Source of the DNA: Planctomycetota bacterium
Lineage (GTDB): Bacteria; Planctomycetota; JAJSAM01; JAJVHW01
NCBI GenBank assembly: GCA_965248445.1
Contig: CBDFJG010000004.1
Span: forward strand, 1,760,001-1,824,000
Reading direction: 5' to 3'
DNA length: 64,000 nt
In this document: one piece after another, positions 28,599 to 38,090 of the stretch
How the letters are laid out: the number at the start of each line of letters is the position of its first letter
Position numbering within the stretch: the stretch's first letter is position 1
Notes under the pieces: generated by a model
What the model saw: only the letters and a program-made list of their open reading frames with translations
Database searches by the model: none
What the model was told of the DNA's origin: nothing
Translations under genes and position numbers: made by a program

Positions 28599-29342
28599 TC
28601 ACGATCCGGGCGGCGCGAAGCGGGCTCGTACGTCCCCCGGCAGATCGTCGACGAACGCATCGAGTTGCGGGATGTACCCGAGATCATCTGCGAGCCGCAG
28701 CAGCGCGATCTCGGTCTTCATGTCCGGGATCTCGCCGCGACGACACTGCGCGATCGCCTCGCGGAGCGGCAGCACGATCTGGCGTGTACCTTCCTCCATG
28801 CCCGAGCCGTCTCCGCCGGCCTGCGCGAGCCCGTCCGCGTCGACGGGGGCGCTCGCGAAGAACACCTTCTCGTCGGTCACTCCCGGTGACGGGAACATCG
28901 GCGCGGCGAGCGGCCGGACATCCGCAACCGACACGTCCGCGCCGCACTCCTCGCGCGCCTCGGCCACCGCCCGCCGCTCCACGCCGTCCGCACCCTGATC
29001 TTGAGGTTCCAGCATGCCGGCGCACATCTCGGTGACCGTCGCGAACGTCCGGAGATCCGGCTGCACGAGTGTGCGGTCGCGACGCAGTGTGACCGCCGGC
29101 CGCGCCCCGTCCTTCAGCACGACGCGAATGTCCCGGCGCTCGCCCGTGTCGCGGTCGTCGTAGAGCACGACGGCCACGGCATCGACGTTCTGCCGCGACA
29201 AGACGTCACAACTGTAGGGCTCCCCCCGCGATCCGTCCTCGCGGACGCTTCGCACGAGTAGCCGCTTCACGCGAAGGAACCCCTCGTCCGCGAGGCTCCC
29301 GGCCGTGCGGTCCTCGACGACTTCGATGTCGGTGATGCGCAT
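28599..29342 (-). CDS. NUDIX hydrolase (ADP-ribose pyrophosphatase-like)
   Basis: AGMLE...AVAEAREECG Nudix box, SPGVTDE, DMKTEI. Confidence 0.85.
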   Translation of the reverse strand: MRITDIEVVEDRTAGSLADEGFLRVKRLLVRSVREDGSRGEPYSCDVLSRQNVDAVAVVLYDDRDTGERRDIRVVLKDGARPAVTLRRDRTLVQPDLRTFATVTEMCAGMLEPQDQGADGVERRAVAEAREECGADVSVADVRPLAAPMFPSPGVTDEKVFFASAPVDADGLAQAGGDGSGMEEGTRQIVLPLREAIAQCRRGEIPDMKTEIALLRLADDLGYIPQLDAFVDDLPGDVRARFAPPGS

Positions 29343-29364
29343 GCGTCGGTTGTACTCCCTCTAG

Positions 29365-30885
29365 CCCGAATCGTTCACCAGCCGGGAATCTGAGCGGGCC
29401 GTCGTCTGTCTAAGTGCTCGTACTCGCTAGTACTTGCACCGACAGGAGCGCCGGCCCGATGACGACAGACTGTAGCCCGCAGGGGACCCTCTTCGCGGGC
29501 ATCTGTGGACGCACCGCGGTGACGCGCTTCGACGCCGGTACCGTGACGAGCGACGGGGGCGTGCTGCTGCTCGAGCGGGTCGATCGTCGCATCGATCTGC
29601 TCTCGCGGTTTGCGCGCTGCTTCGGGGACCACCGGGACCCGCGTCGGGTCGAGCACACGGTCGGCCAGATGCTGCGTCAGCGGGTCTTCGGGCTGTGCGC
29701 GGGCTACGAGGATCTGGTGGACCACGACCATGTCGGCAAGGACCCGCTGTTTGCCGCGGCGTGCGGCAAGCGCGAGGGTGCTCTGGCCACGCACCCGACG
29801 CTCTCGCGGCTCGAGACCACGCAGCTCGGCGCCACGGCACAGACGCGCTACGCCAAGATCGAGATGGACCAGGAGCGCGTGGACAGCGTGCTCAGCGACG
29901 TCTTCTGCGAGGCCATGGGGCCGGAGGATCCGGGCCTGCTCGTGCTGGACCTGGACCACTCCGACGTGCGGCTGCACGGCCGGCAGGAGGGCCGCTTCTT
30001 CCACGGCTACTACGGGCACTACTGCTACCTGCCGCTGTACGTCTTCTGCGGCGAGCACCTCTTGCTCGCTCGGCTCCAGACCGCTGACAGAGATCCCGCG
30101 CGCGGAGTCGTGGACGAGCTCCGTGCGCTGGTCTTACGTCTGCGGCGCCGCTGGCCCCGGGCCAAGGTGCTCGTGCGCGCAGACTCGGGCTTTTGCCGCG
30201 AGGAGCTGATGGCCTGGTGCGAGGCCGCCGGCCACTTCTACCTGCTGGGCATGGCGCGCAATGAGCGCCTTGAGCGACACGTCGAAGACGCGCTCGATGA
30301 GGCCGCAGCCCGTGCCGTGCAGACCGGCCGAGCAGCCCGGGTCTTTCGCGACTTTGCCTGGACCACGCTGGGGAGCTGGAGCCAGAGGCGTCGCGTGGTC
30401 GCCAAGGCCGAGCACCTGCCGGGCGGCAAGCGCAATCCCCGCTTCGTGGTGACCAATCTGCCGCCTCGTAGCTGGAGCAGCAAGCGTCTCTACGAGCAGC
30501 TCTACTGCGCCCGGGGCGAGGCGGAGAATCGCATCAAGGAGCAGCAGCTCGAGCTCTTCGGCACCCGTCTGTCGGTGCACACGATGCAGGGCAACGCCGT
30601 GCGGATGGCCATGTCGGCCATGGCCTACGTCCTGACCTGTGCGCTGCGACGCATCGGTCTCGCCGGCACCGAGATGGCGCGTGCGCAAGCCGGCACGATC
30701 CGCCTGCGGCTGCTCAAGATCGGCGCGCTCGTGCGGATCACGACGCGCCGGATCTGGGTCTCGATGTCCTCGTCGTGGCCCTGGCAGCACGTCTTCGAGA
30801 CTTGTGCACGGCGACTGCTGGCATCCCCGAAGCCGACCTGACGTCCCGCCGCGCCGTCCGCCACACCACCGCCCGGCCTACGGTC
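29365..30885 (+). mobile_element. IS1380-family element copy 1 (right end missing)
   Basis: Matches copy 2 at offset 4265 up to 30885, then diverges, so it lacks about 150 nt including the right IR. Confidence 0.85.
29459..30841 (+). CDS. IS1380-family DDE transposase
   Basis: TSDGG, LDLD...HGRQEG.FFHGYY.HYCYLPL, RADSGF, YCARGEAENRIKE. Confidence 0.95.
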   Translation: MTTDCSPQGTLFAGICGRTAVTRFDAGTVTSDGGVLLLERVDRRIDLLSRFARCFGDHRDPRRVEHTVGQMLRQRVFGLCAGYEDLVDHDHVGKDPLFAAACGKREGALATHPTLSRLETTQLGATAQTRYAKIEMDQERVDSVLSDVFCEAMGPEDPGLLVLDLDHSDVRLHGRQEGRFFHGYYGHYCYLPLYVFCGEHLLLARLQTADRDPARGVVDELRALVLRLRRRWPRAKVLVRADSGFCREELMAWCEAAGHFYLLGMARNERLERHVEDALDEAAARAVQTGRAARVFRDFAWTTLGSWSQRRRVVAKAEHLPGGKRNPRFVVTNLPPRSWSSKRLYEQLYCARGEAENRIKEQQLELFGTRLSVHTMQGNAVRMAMSAMAYVLTCALRRIGLAGTEMARAQAGTIRLRLLKIGALVRITTRRIWVSMSSSWPWQHVFETCARRLLASPKPT

Positions 30886-30907
30886 CCCTCCGCTCCGCGG
30901 CGACCGG

Positions 30908-32143
30908 CTACCTCCGCCGCCAGATCTGCAGCAGGAGTCGGCACCTCCCGTTCACGAGCCGCTGCACGCGGTAGTGCACCAGGCGGGCGCCGGACTTGTT
31001 GCCGAACGTGGATCGTCCCGTCCAAGCGTCGCTCGCCGCCCGATACCCAACCTCTCGCTGGAACCCCGCGTCGCCGACCTCGTACGCGATGTCGAGGAGC
31101 GCACTCGTGACGGGGACCCCGTGCCTCCAAGACTCTTCGCATCGAACTACGGTGACGTGCACCGCGTGGTCTCCCAGCTGCCGCTCGACTCCGATCTGAA
31201 TATCGGGGTCTACGACGTTCAGATCCTCGACCCAGGCTTCGTCCTCTGGACTGAACGGGAAGCCCGCCTTCTCCGCCTTCCACCAAGACTGAAGAGAACC
31301 CGCTGTCTGGTCCAACGGCGGGTGCTGCTCTAACCAGGGACTAAACGCGATCTCCTCCAGCCGGCCCAGAGTCCACAGCCTGATCTGGTCCCCTACCCGC
31401 TCTCCAGCGACTTCGGCTCCTACGAACCAGGGCAGCTCCGTGTCCGCGATCTCCCGATCGTCGTCCACGCACTCGAACAGGGCGTCGAAGACGCGCGGGC
31501 GCCGGGTCTCGAACGCGATGTGCACTCCCGTCAGGTATGCGACCCGCGGGTCCTTGTCGATCAGGAGGTTGGAGATCACGCGGTCCGTCGCGTCGCTCCC
31601 TCCGCCGAAAGCACTCACGATCCCTGCCAACCTTCCGGCCGCCGCCCGGAAGTCCGCCCGCCGGGACCGCGAGAGCGTGATGGCAGCCCGACGGACCACC
31701 TTGAGGTCCGGCTGCGCCCCGATGAACCGGACCCCCTCGAGCAGGTCGCGGGAGTTCCCGGTACTCAGCAAATGCGCGATGGTACTTCGCTCAAGGGCTG
31801 CCGGATGGAGTTCACGGTATCGTACGACGGCGGCGACCATCTCCTCGATGGGCCAGCGAGCGTCGGCGTCCTCCGTGGAGTCTGCCGTTCGATGATCGAC
31901 GATCGCGCGGAGCGTGTCCGACGAGATCTCGCTCAGAGCCCAGCAGAGCGACTCCACCGCCTCCGGGCTAGATGTCCTGCTTCCGTGCGTGCGCAGCGTT
32001 TCCAGGGCAAGGTCGGTCGCCTCGGAGTCACTGCCATGCGCAGCACCTGCCCCATGCCAGTCCTCGTAACGTTCGCCTACGTCGTCTTTCGCCCCATGAC
32101 CTGCCGTATCACCGCAGCCGAAGCCGAGCGTCGAGGCCAACAC
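30908..32143 (-). CDS. Hypothetical protein, lipoprotein-like, with helical HEAT-like segment (start uncertain)
   Basis: 411-aa ORF; LGFG-C lipobox-like; DKDPRVAY HEAT-like motif; less GC-biased codons than the flanks. Confidence 0.55.
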   Translation of the reverse strand: MLASTLGFGCGDTAGHGAKDDVGERYEDWHGAGAAHGSDSEATDLALETLRTHGSRTSSPEAVESLCWALSEISSDTLRAIVDHRTADSTEDADARWPIEEMVAAVVRYRELHPAALERSTIAHLLSTGNSRDLLEGVRFIGAQPDLKVVRRAAITLSRSRRADFRAAAGRLAGIVSAFGGGSDATDRVISNLLIDKDPRVAYLTGVHIAFETRRPRVFDALFECVDDDREIADTELPWFVGAEVAGERVGDQIRLWTLGRLEEIAFSPWLEQHPPLDQTAGSLQSWWKAEKAGFPFSPEDEAWVEDLNVVDPDIQIGVERQLGDHAVHVTVVRCEESWRHGVPVTSALLDIAYEVGDAGFQREVGYRAASDAWTGRSTFGNKSGARLVHYRVQRLVNGRCRLLLQIWRRR

Positions 32144-32203
32144 AAGCGAGGCCGTCGCTAGCAGGCACCGGGCGGAGCGAGAGATGGTCGTGATCTACTC
32201 AGC

Positions 32204-33508
32204 CTACTGGTTGGTGACTTCCACCGTCTCGGATGTGGCAGAGTTGCTGTCGCGGCCGACGCGAACGCGGTACGAGTGAAGCCCGGCGGCCGCGGAGTTG
32301 TCGAGAACCACGTACTCGGTGCCGGGCAGGAGAGGGCCGTCCACTTCCTCCACGAGAAGCGGAGTGCCGATGCCATCCAGGTCCCGCGTGACCACCGCTC
32401 CATCCGCGACCTCGCCACTGATCGTGAACCGGATTGTGTTGGTGCCGGGGGCGGTCTCCGTGATCGACGTGATCGATACCGTACCGCTATATCCCTTCCG
32501 GCTCGAAGGCGCGTACAGGCGCACCGGAGCGCCCAACAGGGCCTCGTCATCATCGTCCGTGTACGTCGTCTGGGACCGTTGAGAGTAGATGTACTCGCCG
32601 AGAGTGTCGGTGAAGCTGATCTCGGCGTAGTCGTCAGCGGAAACGTCGCCTGTCCACCCGTTCGGGAAGCCCGGCGTGGTCGCTTCCGGCACCGCGAACG
32701 AGAAGTCGATGTCCATGAAGTTGTCGATCCGATACGTGTATTGGACTCCGCCGCCGGTCGCGGAGGCCACCGAACTCGTGAAGCGGAGCGACACCGAAGG
32801 AGGAACGTCCCACAGCACCTCACCATTGGCGTCGAATGTGAGGTTGCCCGAGGAATCCCGAGCAAGCCACCCACCCGTACGAATGTCCGTGATGAGCGCC
32901 GAGATTGCGTCAGGGTCCGCTTGGGGCTCGATCAACGTCACCGAGATCGGGGCGACATCGTGGGCCGCATACCCTTGGACCTCTCCCGAGTTCGCCTCAC
33001 CCGGGTCCGCCCCCCAAGGGCTCCACCCGCCCCCGGTATTGCCGATCACCGCCTCCCACGTATTGTGGGCGCCGATGATTCTCGACGGCTCCCAGTCGGC
33101 CTCCGCGTTCGCTTCGGAGGACATGAATTTCCTCCCACCAGGGCCAGTGCCACCCGTCTGCACATGCGTGAACTTGCTAGTGGCGCCGATCTTTCCGCAG
33201 AAGGGCGTCTTCGTCCATGCGCGGATGTAGTAGTTCTCGATGTACTCCTTGCCCGCGCTGTCCGTGTGCGTCCGCCCACTAGCCGAAGTCTCGGCCTTCA
33301 CGAAGATCCCGCTTGCCTTCTTCGGAAGAGCGTTTGAATTCGGGCCCTTGTGGGTGGACCACGTCACCGTAGACGTCGAGAAACTCCCCCCGGTCGTAAC
33401 GTTGCCGGCGCCGGAGAAGATCAGGGGCGGGTCGAATCGCATGTCCGCCATCGCGAGGGAACACGCCGCTCCGACGCCGATCACCAGAACCAGAGTCCGT
33501 GTACTCAT
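32204..33508 (-). CDS. Secreted beta-rich hypothetical protein
   Basis: GGGAGG RBS, signal peptide MSTRTLVLVIGVGAACSLAMA, Thr/Ser/Gly-rich body, FN3-like C-terminus (YRVRVG...SETVEVT). Confidence 0.7.
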   Translation of the reverse strand: MSTRTLVLVIGVGAACSLAMADMRFDPPLIFSGAGNVTTGGSFSTSTVTWSTHKGPNSNALPKKASGIFVKAETSASGRTHTDSAGKEYIENYYIRAWTKTPFCGKIGATSKFTHVQTGGTGPGGRKFMSSEANAEADWEPSRIIGAHNTWEAVIGNTGGGWSPWGADPGEANSGEVQGYAAHDVAPISVTLIEPQADPDAISALITDIRTGGWLARDSSGNLTFDANGEVLWDVPPSVSLRFTSSVASATGGGVQYTYRIDNFMDIDFSFAVPEATTPGFPNGWTGDVSADDYAEISFTDTLGEYIYSQRSQTTYTDDDDEALLGAPVRLYAPSSRKGYSGTVSITSITETAPGTNTIRFTISGEVADGAVVTRDLDGIGTPLLVEEVDGPLLPGTEYVVLDNSAAAGLHSYRVRVGRDSNSATSETVEVTNQ

Positions 33509-33629
33509 CTCGTTCCTCCCCAGGCCGCTCCTTCCGAGCGATCCAAGTCTACGCGCATCGAAGACCACAACTCCGCTCCAGGCGAGGGTACCACCCTGTT
33601 TCAAGGGGTTCGAGAGCAATCGGCAACAC

Positions 33630-35299
33630 CCCGAATCGTTCACCAGCCGGGAATCTGAGCGGGCCGTCGTCTGTCTAAGTGCTCGTACTCGCTAGTACTT
33701 GCACCGACAGGAGCGCCGGCCCGATGACGACAGACTGTAGCCCGCAGGGGACCCTCTTCGCGGGCATCTGTGGACGCACCGCGGTGACGCGCTTCGACGC
33801 CGGTACCGTGACGAGCGACGGGGGCGTGCTGCTGCTCGAGCGGGTCGATCGTCGCATCGATCTGCTCTCGCGGTTTGCGCGCTGCTTCGGGGACCACCGG
33901 GACCCGCGTCGGGTCGAGCACACGGTCGGCCAGATGCTGCGTCAGCGGGTCTTCGGGCTGTGCGCGGGCTACGAGGATCTGGTGGACCACGACCATGTCG
34001 GCAAGGACCCGCTGTTTGCCGCGGCGTGCGGCAAGCGCGAGGGTGCTCTGGCCACGCACCCGACGCTCTCGCGGCTCGAGACCACGCAGCTCGGCGCCAC
34101 GGCACAGACGCGCTACGCCAAGATCGAGATGGACCAGGAGCGCGTGGACAGCGTGCTCAGCGACGTCTTCTGCGAGGCCATGGGGCCGGAGGATCCGGGC
34201 CTGCTCGTGCTGGACCTGGACCACTCCGACGTGCGGCTGCACGGCCGGCAGGAGGGCCGCTTCTTCCACGGCTACTACGGGCACTACTGCTACCTGCCGC
34301 TGTACGTCTTCTGCGGCGAGCACCTCTTGCTCGCTCGGCTCCAGACCGCTGACAGAGATCCCGCGCGCGGAGTCGTGGACGAGCTCCGTGCGCTGGTCTT
34401 ACGTCTGCGGCGCCGCTGGCCCCGGGCCAAGGTGCTCGTGCGCGCAGACTCGGGCTTTTGCCGCGAGGAGCTGATGGCCTGGTGCGAGGCCGCCGGCCAC
34501 TTCTACCTGCTGGGCATGGCGCGCAATGAGCGCCTTGAGCGACACGTCGAAGACGCGCTCGATGAGGCCGCAGCCCGTGCCGTGCAGACCGGCCGAGCAG
34601 CCCGGGTCTTTCGCGACTTTGCCTGGACCACGCTGGGGAGCTGGAGCCAGAGGCGTCGCGTGGTCGCCAAGGCCGAGCACCTGCCGGGCGGCAAGCGCAA
34701 TCCCCGCTTCGTGGTGACCAATCTGCCGCCTCGTAGCTGGAGCAGCAAGCGTCTCTACGAGCAGCTCTACTGCGCCCGGGGCGAGGCGGAGAATCGCATC
34801 AAGGAGCAGCAGCTCGAGCTCTTCGGCACCCGTCTGTCGGTGCACACGATGCAGGGCAACGCCGTGCGGATGGCCATGTCGGCCATGGCCTACGTCCTGA
34901 CCTGTGCGCTGCGACGCATCGGTCTCGCCGGCACCGAGATGGCGCGTGCGCAAGCCGGCACGATCCGCCTGCGGCTGCTCAAGATCGGCGCGCTCGTGCG
35001 GATCACGACGCGCCGGATCTGGGTCTCGATGTCCTCGTCGTGGCCCTGGCAGCACGTCTTCGAGCGCTGCGCGCAACGACTGCTGGCATCCCCGAAGCCG
35101 ACCTGACGTCCCGCCGCGCCGTCCGCCACACCACCGCCCGGCCTACGGTCTGCCCACACCGCAGAATCCGCGCCGTTTCGGCCGCTCACTCGCGTTGCCC
35201 TTGTGGCAACGACGACAGCATCCGCCCTCGCCTGGCCAAGATCTGACCCTGTGGACTCCGAAAGCACCGTCATCGCGACGTCTCGTGAACAGATGCGGG
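33630..35299 (+). mobile_element. IS1380-family element copy 2 (full length)
   Basis: IRL CCCGAATCGTTCAC at 33630; imperfect IRR GTGAACAGATGCGGG at 35285-35299; no flanking direct repeat seen. Confidence 0.85.
33724..35106 (+). CDS. IS1380-family DDE transposase (second copy)
   Basis: Protein identical to copy 1 except ERCAQ versus ETCAR near the C-terminus. Confidence 0.95.
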   Translation: MTTDCSPQGTLFAGICGRTAVTRFDAGTVTSDGGVLLLERVDRRIDLLSRFARCFGDHRDPRRVEHTVGQMLRQRVFGLCAGYEDLVDHDHVGKDPLFAAACGKREGALATHPTLSRLETTQLGATAQTRYAKIEMDQERVDSVLSDVFCEAMGPEDPGLLVLDLDHSDVRLHGRQEGRFFHGYYGHYCYLPLYVFCGEHLLLARLQTADRDPARGVVDELRALVLRLRRRWPRAKVLVRADSGFCREELMAWCEAAGHFYLLGMARNERLERHVEDALDEAAARAVQTGRAARVFRDFAWTTLGSWSQRRRVVAKAEHLPGGKRNPRFVVTNLPPRSWSSKRLYEQLYCARGEAENRIKEQQLELFGTRLSVHTMQGNAVRMAMSAMAYVLTCALRRIGLAGTEMARAQAGTIRLRLLKIGALVRITTRRIWVSMSSSWPWQHVFERCAQRLLASPKPT

Positions 35300-35405
35300 T
35301 TACGCCCTGCACCCGTGACTCAGATCCCCCGTGCTGCAACGCGCTTGGCGGCGTCACGACGCGCCTGGGTGTCCGAGTCGCGTCGAGGATGTTCTAATTC
35401 CCGAC

Positions 35406-37364
35406 GTGGAACTACTCCTCGTCTTGGTGATCGCCCTCGCCGCGCTCTTCGCGCTTGGCGTCAATCGTCGCAGCGTGGGCGCGCGCTCGGCACCGCTCGC
35501 GCTGGCTGCACTTACGGTCGCGGGACTCGCCGCCTCTGCGTGGGCGTGGTACGCGCGACCGATCTCGGCGGGCGGCGAACGAGACCCCTTGACCGCCGAG
35601 CGCCCACTCGTCACTCGCAGCGACGGATACGTGTCGTCGACCGCCTGCCGCGCCTGCCACCCGCAGGAGTACGCGACGTGGCAGAAGAGCTTCCACCGGA
35701 CCATGACGCAGGTGGTCACCCCCAACACACTCGTCTCCAACTGGGACGGGGTGACGCTGACCCACCGCGGCAAGGACTACCACCTGTCGCGGAAGGGCGA
35801 GCAGTTTTGGGTCGACATGGTCGATCCGGAGTGGGACCCGGGCAGCCTCTTTGGCGGCAAACCGCGGGCGAGCGGAAACATGACACGCCGCGTGCAGAAG
35901 CGCGTCGTCATGTCCACCGGTTCGCACCATCAGCAGGTGTACTGGATCACTGCCGGCGAGGGTCGCAAGGTGCACCTCTTCCAGTTCACGTGGCTCATCG
36001 TGGAGCAGCGTTGGGTGCCGTACGAGAACACGTTCTTGAACGCGGACGTCGAGCACGAGCAGACCGAGGTCTGGAACGCCAGCTGCGTCCTGTGCCATGC
36101 GACCCACGGCAAGATGCGCCCCGCGCGAGGCAGCAATCGCCGCTTCGACACACACGTCGCCGAGTTTGGGATCGCGTGCGAGGCGTGCCACGGCCCCGGC
36201 GAGAACCACGTCGCACGCCACTCGGAGCCAATCGCGCGTTACGCCGCGCGGAGCGACGGGGAGCCCGACCCGACCATTGTGAACCCCGTCAACCTGACAG
36301 GCGACGTGTCGTCGCACGCCTGCGCGCAGTGCCACAGCATCTTCGAGCCAAAGGGACGGGAGCTCGCTGCACGCGTCTCGACGGAGGGCATGGTCTACCG
36401 ACCGGGCGACGACCTGCGCGACACCCGCAACTTCTTCATCCGCTCTTCGGACCCGGACGAAGTCACCGCCGAGACACCCGCTGTCCGCCGCGCACTCGAC
36501 CAATCTTTCTGGCGCGACGGCATGCTGCGTGTCGCCGGCCGCGACTTCCACGGGCTCGAAGCATCCCCGTGTTTCGAGGGTGGTGAGTTCACGTGCTTCT
36601 CGTGCCACTCGATGCACTCGTACGAAGACGCCAGCGATCAGCTCGCGCCCGGAATGGACGGCGACGAGGCCTGCCTGCAGTGTCACGAGGACATGCGGAA
36701 GCGCATCACCGAGCACACCCACCACGCAACGGGTTCCGGCGGCAGCGCCTGCATGAACTGCCACATGCCCTACACGACGTACGGCCTGCTCACCGCCATC
36801 CGCAGCCATACGATCTCGGTCCCCAACGTCCGCGAGTCACAAACACACGAACGACCCAACGCCTGCAACCTCTGCCACCTCGACCAGTCCCTTGAGTGGA
36901 CCCGCGAGCACCTGACCGAGTGGTTTGACACGCCGCAGGACGCCATCGTTGCGACCGAGGACAAACAGCGTTCGGCCGCGCTCGTCTGGCTGCTGCGAGG
37001 CAACGCCGGGCAGCGCGCCCTCACCGCATGGGCAGCGGGCTGGAAACCGGCCCACGAGGCGTCGGGCACCGACTGGCAAGCGCCGTTCCTCGGGTACGCG
37101 TTAGAAGACCCGTATGCGGCCGTCCGCTTCATCGCGCACCGCTCTCTCCGCTCGCTCCCGGGATACGGCGACTTCGAGTACGGCTACGTGGACCCGCCCG
37201 CAGAGCGCAGCGCAACCGCGCAACGTGCGCGCGAGCAGTGGAACGCGGTTCCCTCGCGCGGCAGCCCCACGCTGCTGCTCGATCAAGACGGCACACTCGA
37301 CAGCGACGCGATCCTCGACGTCATCCGGCGTCGTGACGAACGACATATGTTTCTGGCGGAGTGA
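35406..37364 (+). CDS. Membrane-anchored octaheme c-type cytochrome (start approximate)
   Basis: Two N-terminal TM helices; eight CxxCH motifs (CRACH, CVLCH, CEACH, CAQCH, CFSCH, CLQCH, CMNCH, CNLCH); C-terminal HEAT-like EDPYAAVR. Confidence 0.88.
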   Translation: MELLLVLVIALAALFALGVNRRSVGARSAPLALAALTVAGLAASAWAWYARPISAGGERDPLTAERPLVTRSDGYVSSTACRACHPQEYATWQKSFHRTMTQVVTPNTLVSNWDGVTLTHRGKDYHLSRKGEQFWVDMVDPEWDPGSLFGGKPRASGNMTRRVQKRVVMSTGSHHQQVYWITAGEGRKVHLFQFTWLIVEQRWVPYENTFLNADVEHEQTEVWNASCVLCHATHGKMRPARGSNRRFDTHVAEFGIACEACHGPGENHVARHSEPIARYAARSDGEPDPTIVNPVNLTGDVSSHACAQCHSIFEPKGRELAARVSTEGMVYRPGDDLRDTRNFFIRSSDPDEVTAETPAVRRALDQSFWRDGMLRVAGRDFHGLEASPCFEGGEFTCFSCHSMHSYEDASDQLAPGMDGDEACLQCHEDMRKRITEHTHHATGSGGSACMNCHMPYTTYGLLTAIRSHTISVPNVRESQTHERPNACNLCHLDQSLEWTREHLTEWFDTPQDAIVATEDKQRSAALVWLLRGNAGQRALTAWAAGWKPAHEASGTDWQAPFLGYALEDPYAAVRFIAHRSLRSLPGYGDFEYGYVDPPAERSATAQRAREQWNAVPSRGSPTLLLDQDGTLDSDAILDVIRRRDERHMFLAE

Positions 37365-37368
37365 ACCG

Positions 37369-37797
37369 ATGTCAGCCGAGTCTCCCGAACGCGATCTCTC
37401 TGCGCGCCACGTCCGCATCGGCTGGTGGGCGGTGTTTGTGTTCATCGTCCTCGGCGCCGTCCTCGAGGGTCTGCATGCCTTCAAGGCGTCGCTCTACGTT
37501 GATCTCGCCAACGAGTCGCGCCGACTCATGTGGACCCTCGCCCACGCTCACGGCACGCTGCTCGGGCTCCTGCACTTCGCGTTCGCGGTAACCGTCCGCT
37601 GGCTCCCGGACTGGTCACCGGGCCCACGGACCACTGCGTCGCGTGCACTCACGGCCGCCACCGTCCTCCTCCCGGGAGGTTTCTTCCTCGGCGGACTCAT
37701 CATCCACGGCGGCGACCCCGGCATCGGCATCGCCCTCGTCCCAGTCGGCGCAGTCCTCCTCGCGATCGCAGCGTTCTGCGCGGCGCGGGCAAGGTGA
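37369..37797 (+). CDS. Four-helix membrane protein with His-rich motif
   Basis: LEGLHAFK, WTLAHAHGTLLGLLH, PGGFFLGG...GDPG; starts 4 nt after the cytochrome stop. Confidence 0.75.
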   Translation: MSAESPERDLSARHVRIGWWAVFVFIVLGAVLEGLHAFKASLYVDLANESRRLMWTLAHAHGTLLGLLHFAFAVTVRWLPDWSPGPRTTASRALTAATVLLPGGFFLGGLIIHGGDPGIGIALVPVGAVLLAIAAFCAARAR

Positions 37798-37844
37798 CAG
37801 CGATTACGCCCGACGGAACCCCGTCGCCGCTGAGCGGGGGCGAT

Positions 37845-37869
37845 CGGGCGTGCTCCGGTGGCACGCCCG
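37845..37869. terminator. GC-rich hairpin between convergent units
   Basis: CGGGCGTGC-TCCGGTG-GCACGCCCG 9-bp stem; no U-tract. Confidence 0.4.
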
Positions 37870-37893
37870 CGCCGCTGCGGGAGCCGTCGCAGC

Positions 37894-37949
37894 AACCCGG
37901 GATCAAGGGACGATCAGTCCCCTGCTCTGACCGACTGAGCTACCGTTCC
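37894..37949 (-). pseudogene. Degenerate tRNA remnant (Ile/Met-like; 5' two-thirds only)
   Basis: Minus strand GGAACGG-TA-GCTC-AGTCGGTCA-GAGC-A-GGGGA-CTGATCG-TCCCT-TGATC-CCGGG-TT: D-arm, anticodon arm and the start of the T-arm; no TTCGA loop, 3' acceptor strand or CCA. Confidence 0.65.
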
Positions 37950-38090
37950 GACGTGTCCCAGAAGTCGCGCGGGTACAGGCGCACGAGTTCGGCATCCGGG
38001 CCCTCGGTGCGCTTCAGGTAGTCGGCCCATGCGTCGAGCTGCACCTCGGGGCCGATCACGAAGTACACCCCGCCGGGAACCGTCCTCGAC
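37940..38090 (-). pseudogene. Orphan 3' gene fragment
   Basis: About 45 codons with strong GC3 bias (VPGGVYFVIGPEVQLDAWADYL...LYPRDFWDTSER*) and no convincing 5' part. Confidence 0.45.

Noticed and set aside
33626..35303. Target-site duplication around IS1380 copy 2 alone
   Set aside because: The flanks (ACAC / TTAC) do not match.
37894..37949. Functional tRNA-Ile(GAT)
   Set aside because: No TTCGA T-loop, 3' acceptor strand or CCA, and an atypical anticodon loop; kept only as a remnant.
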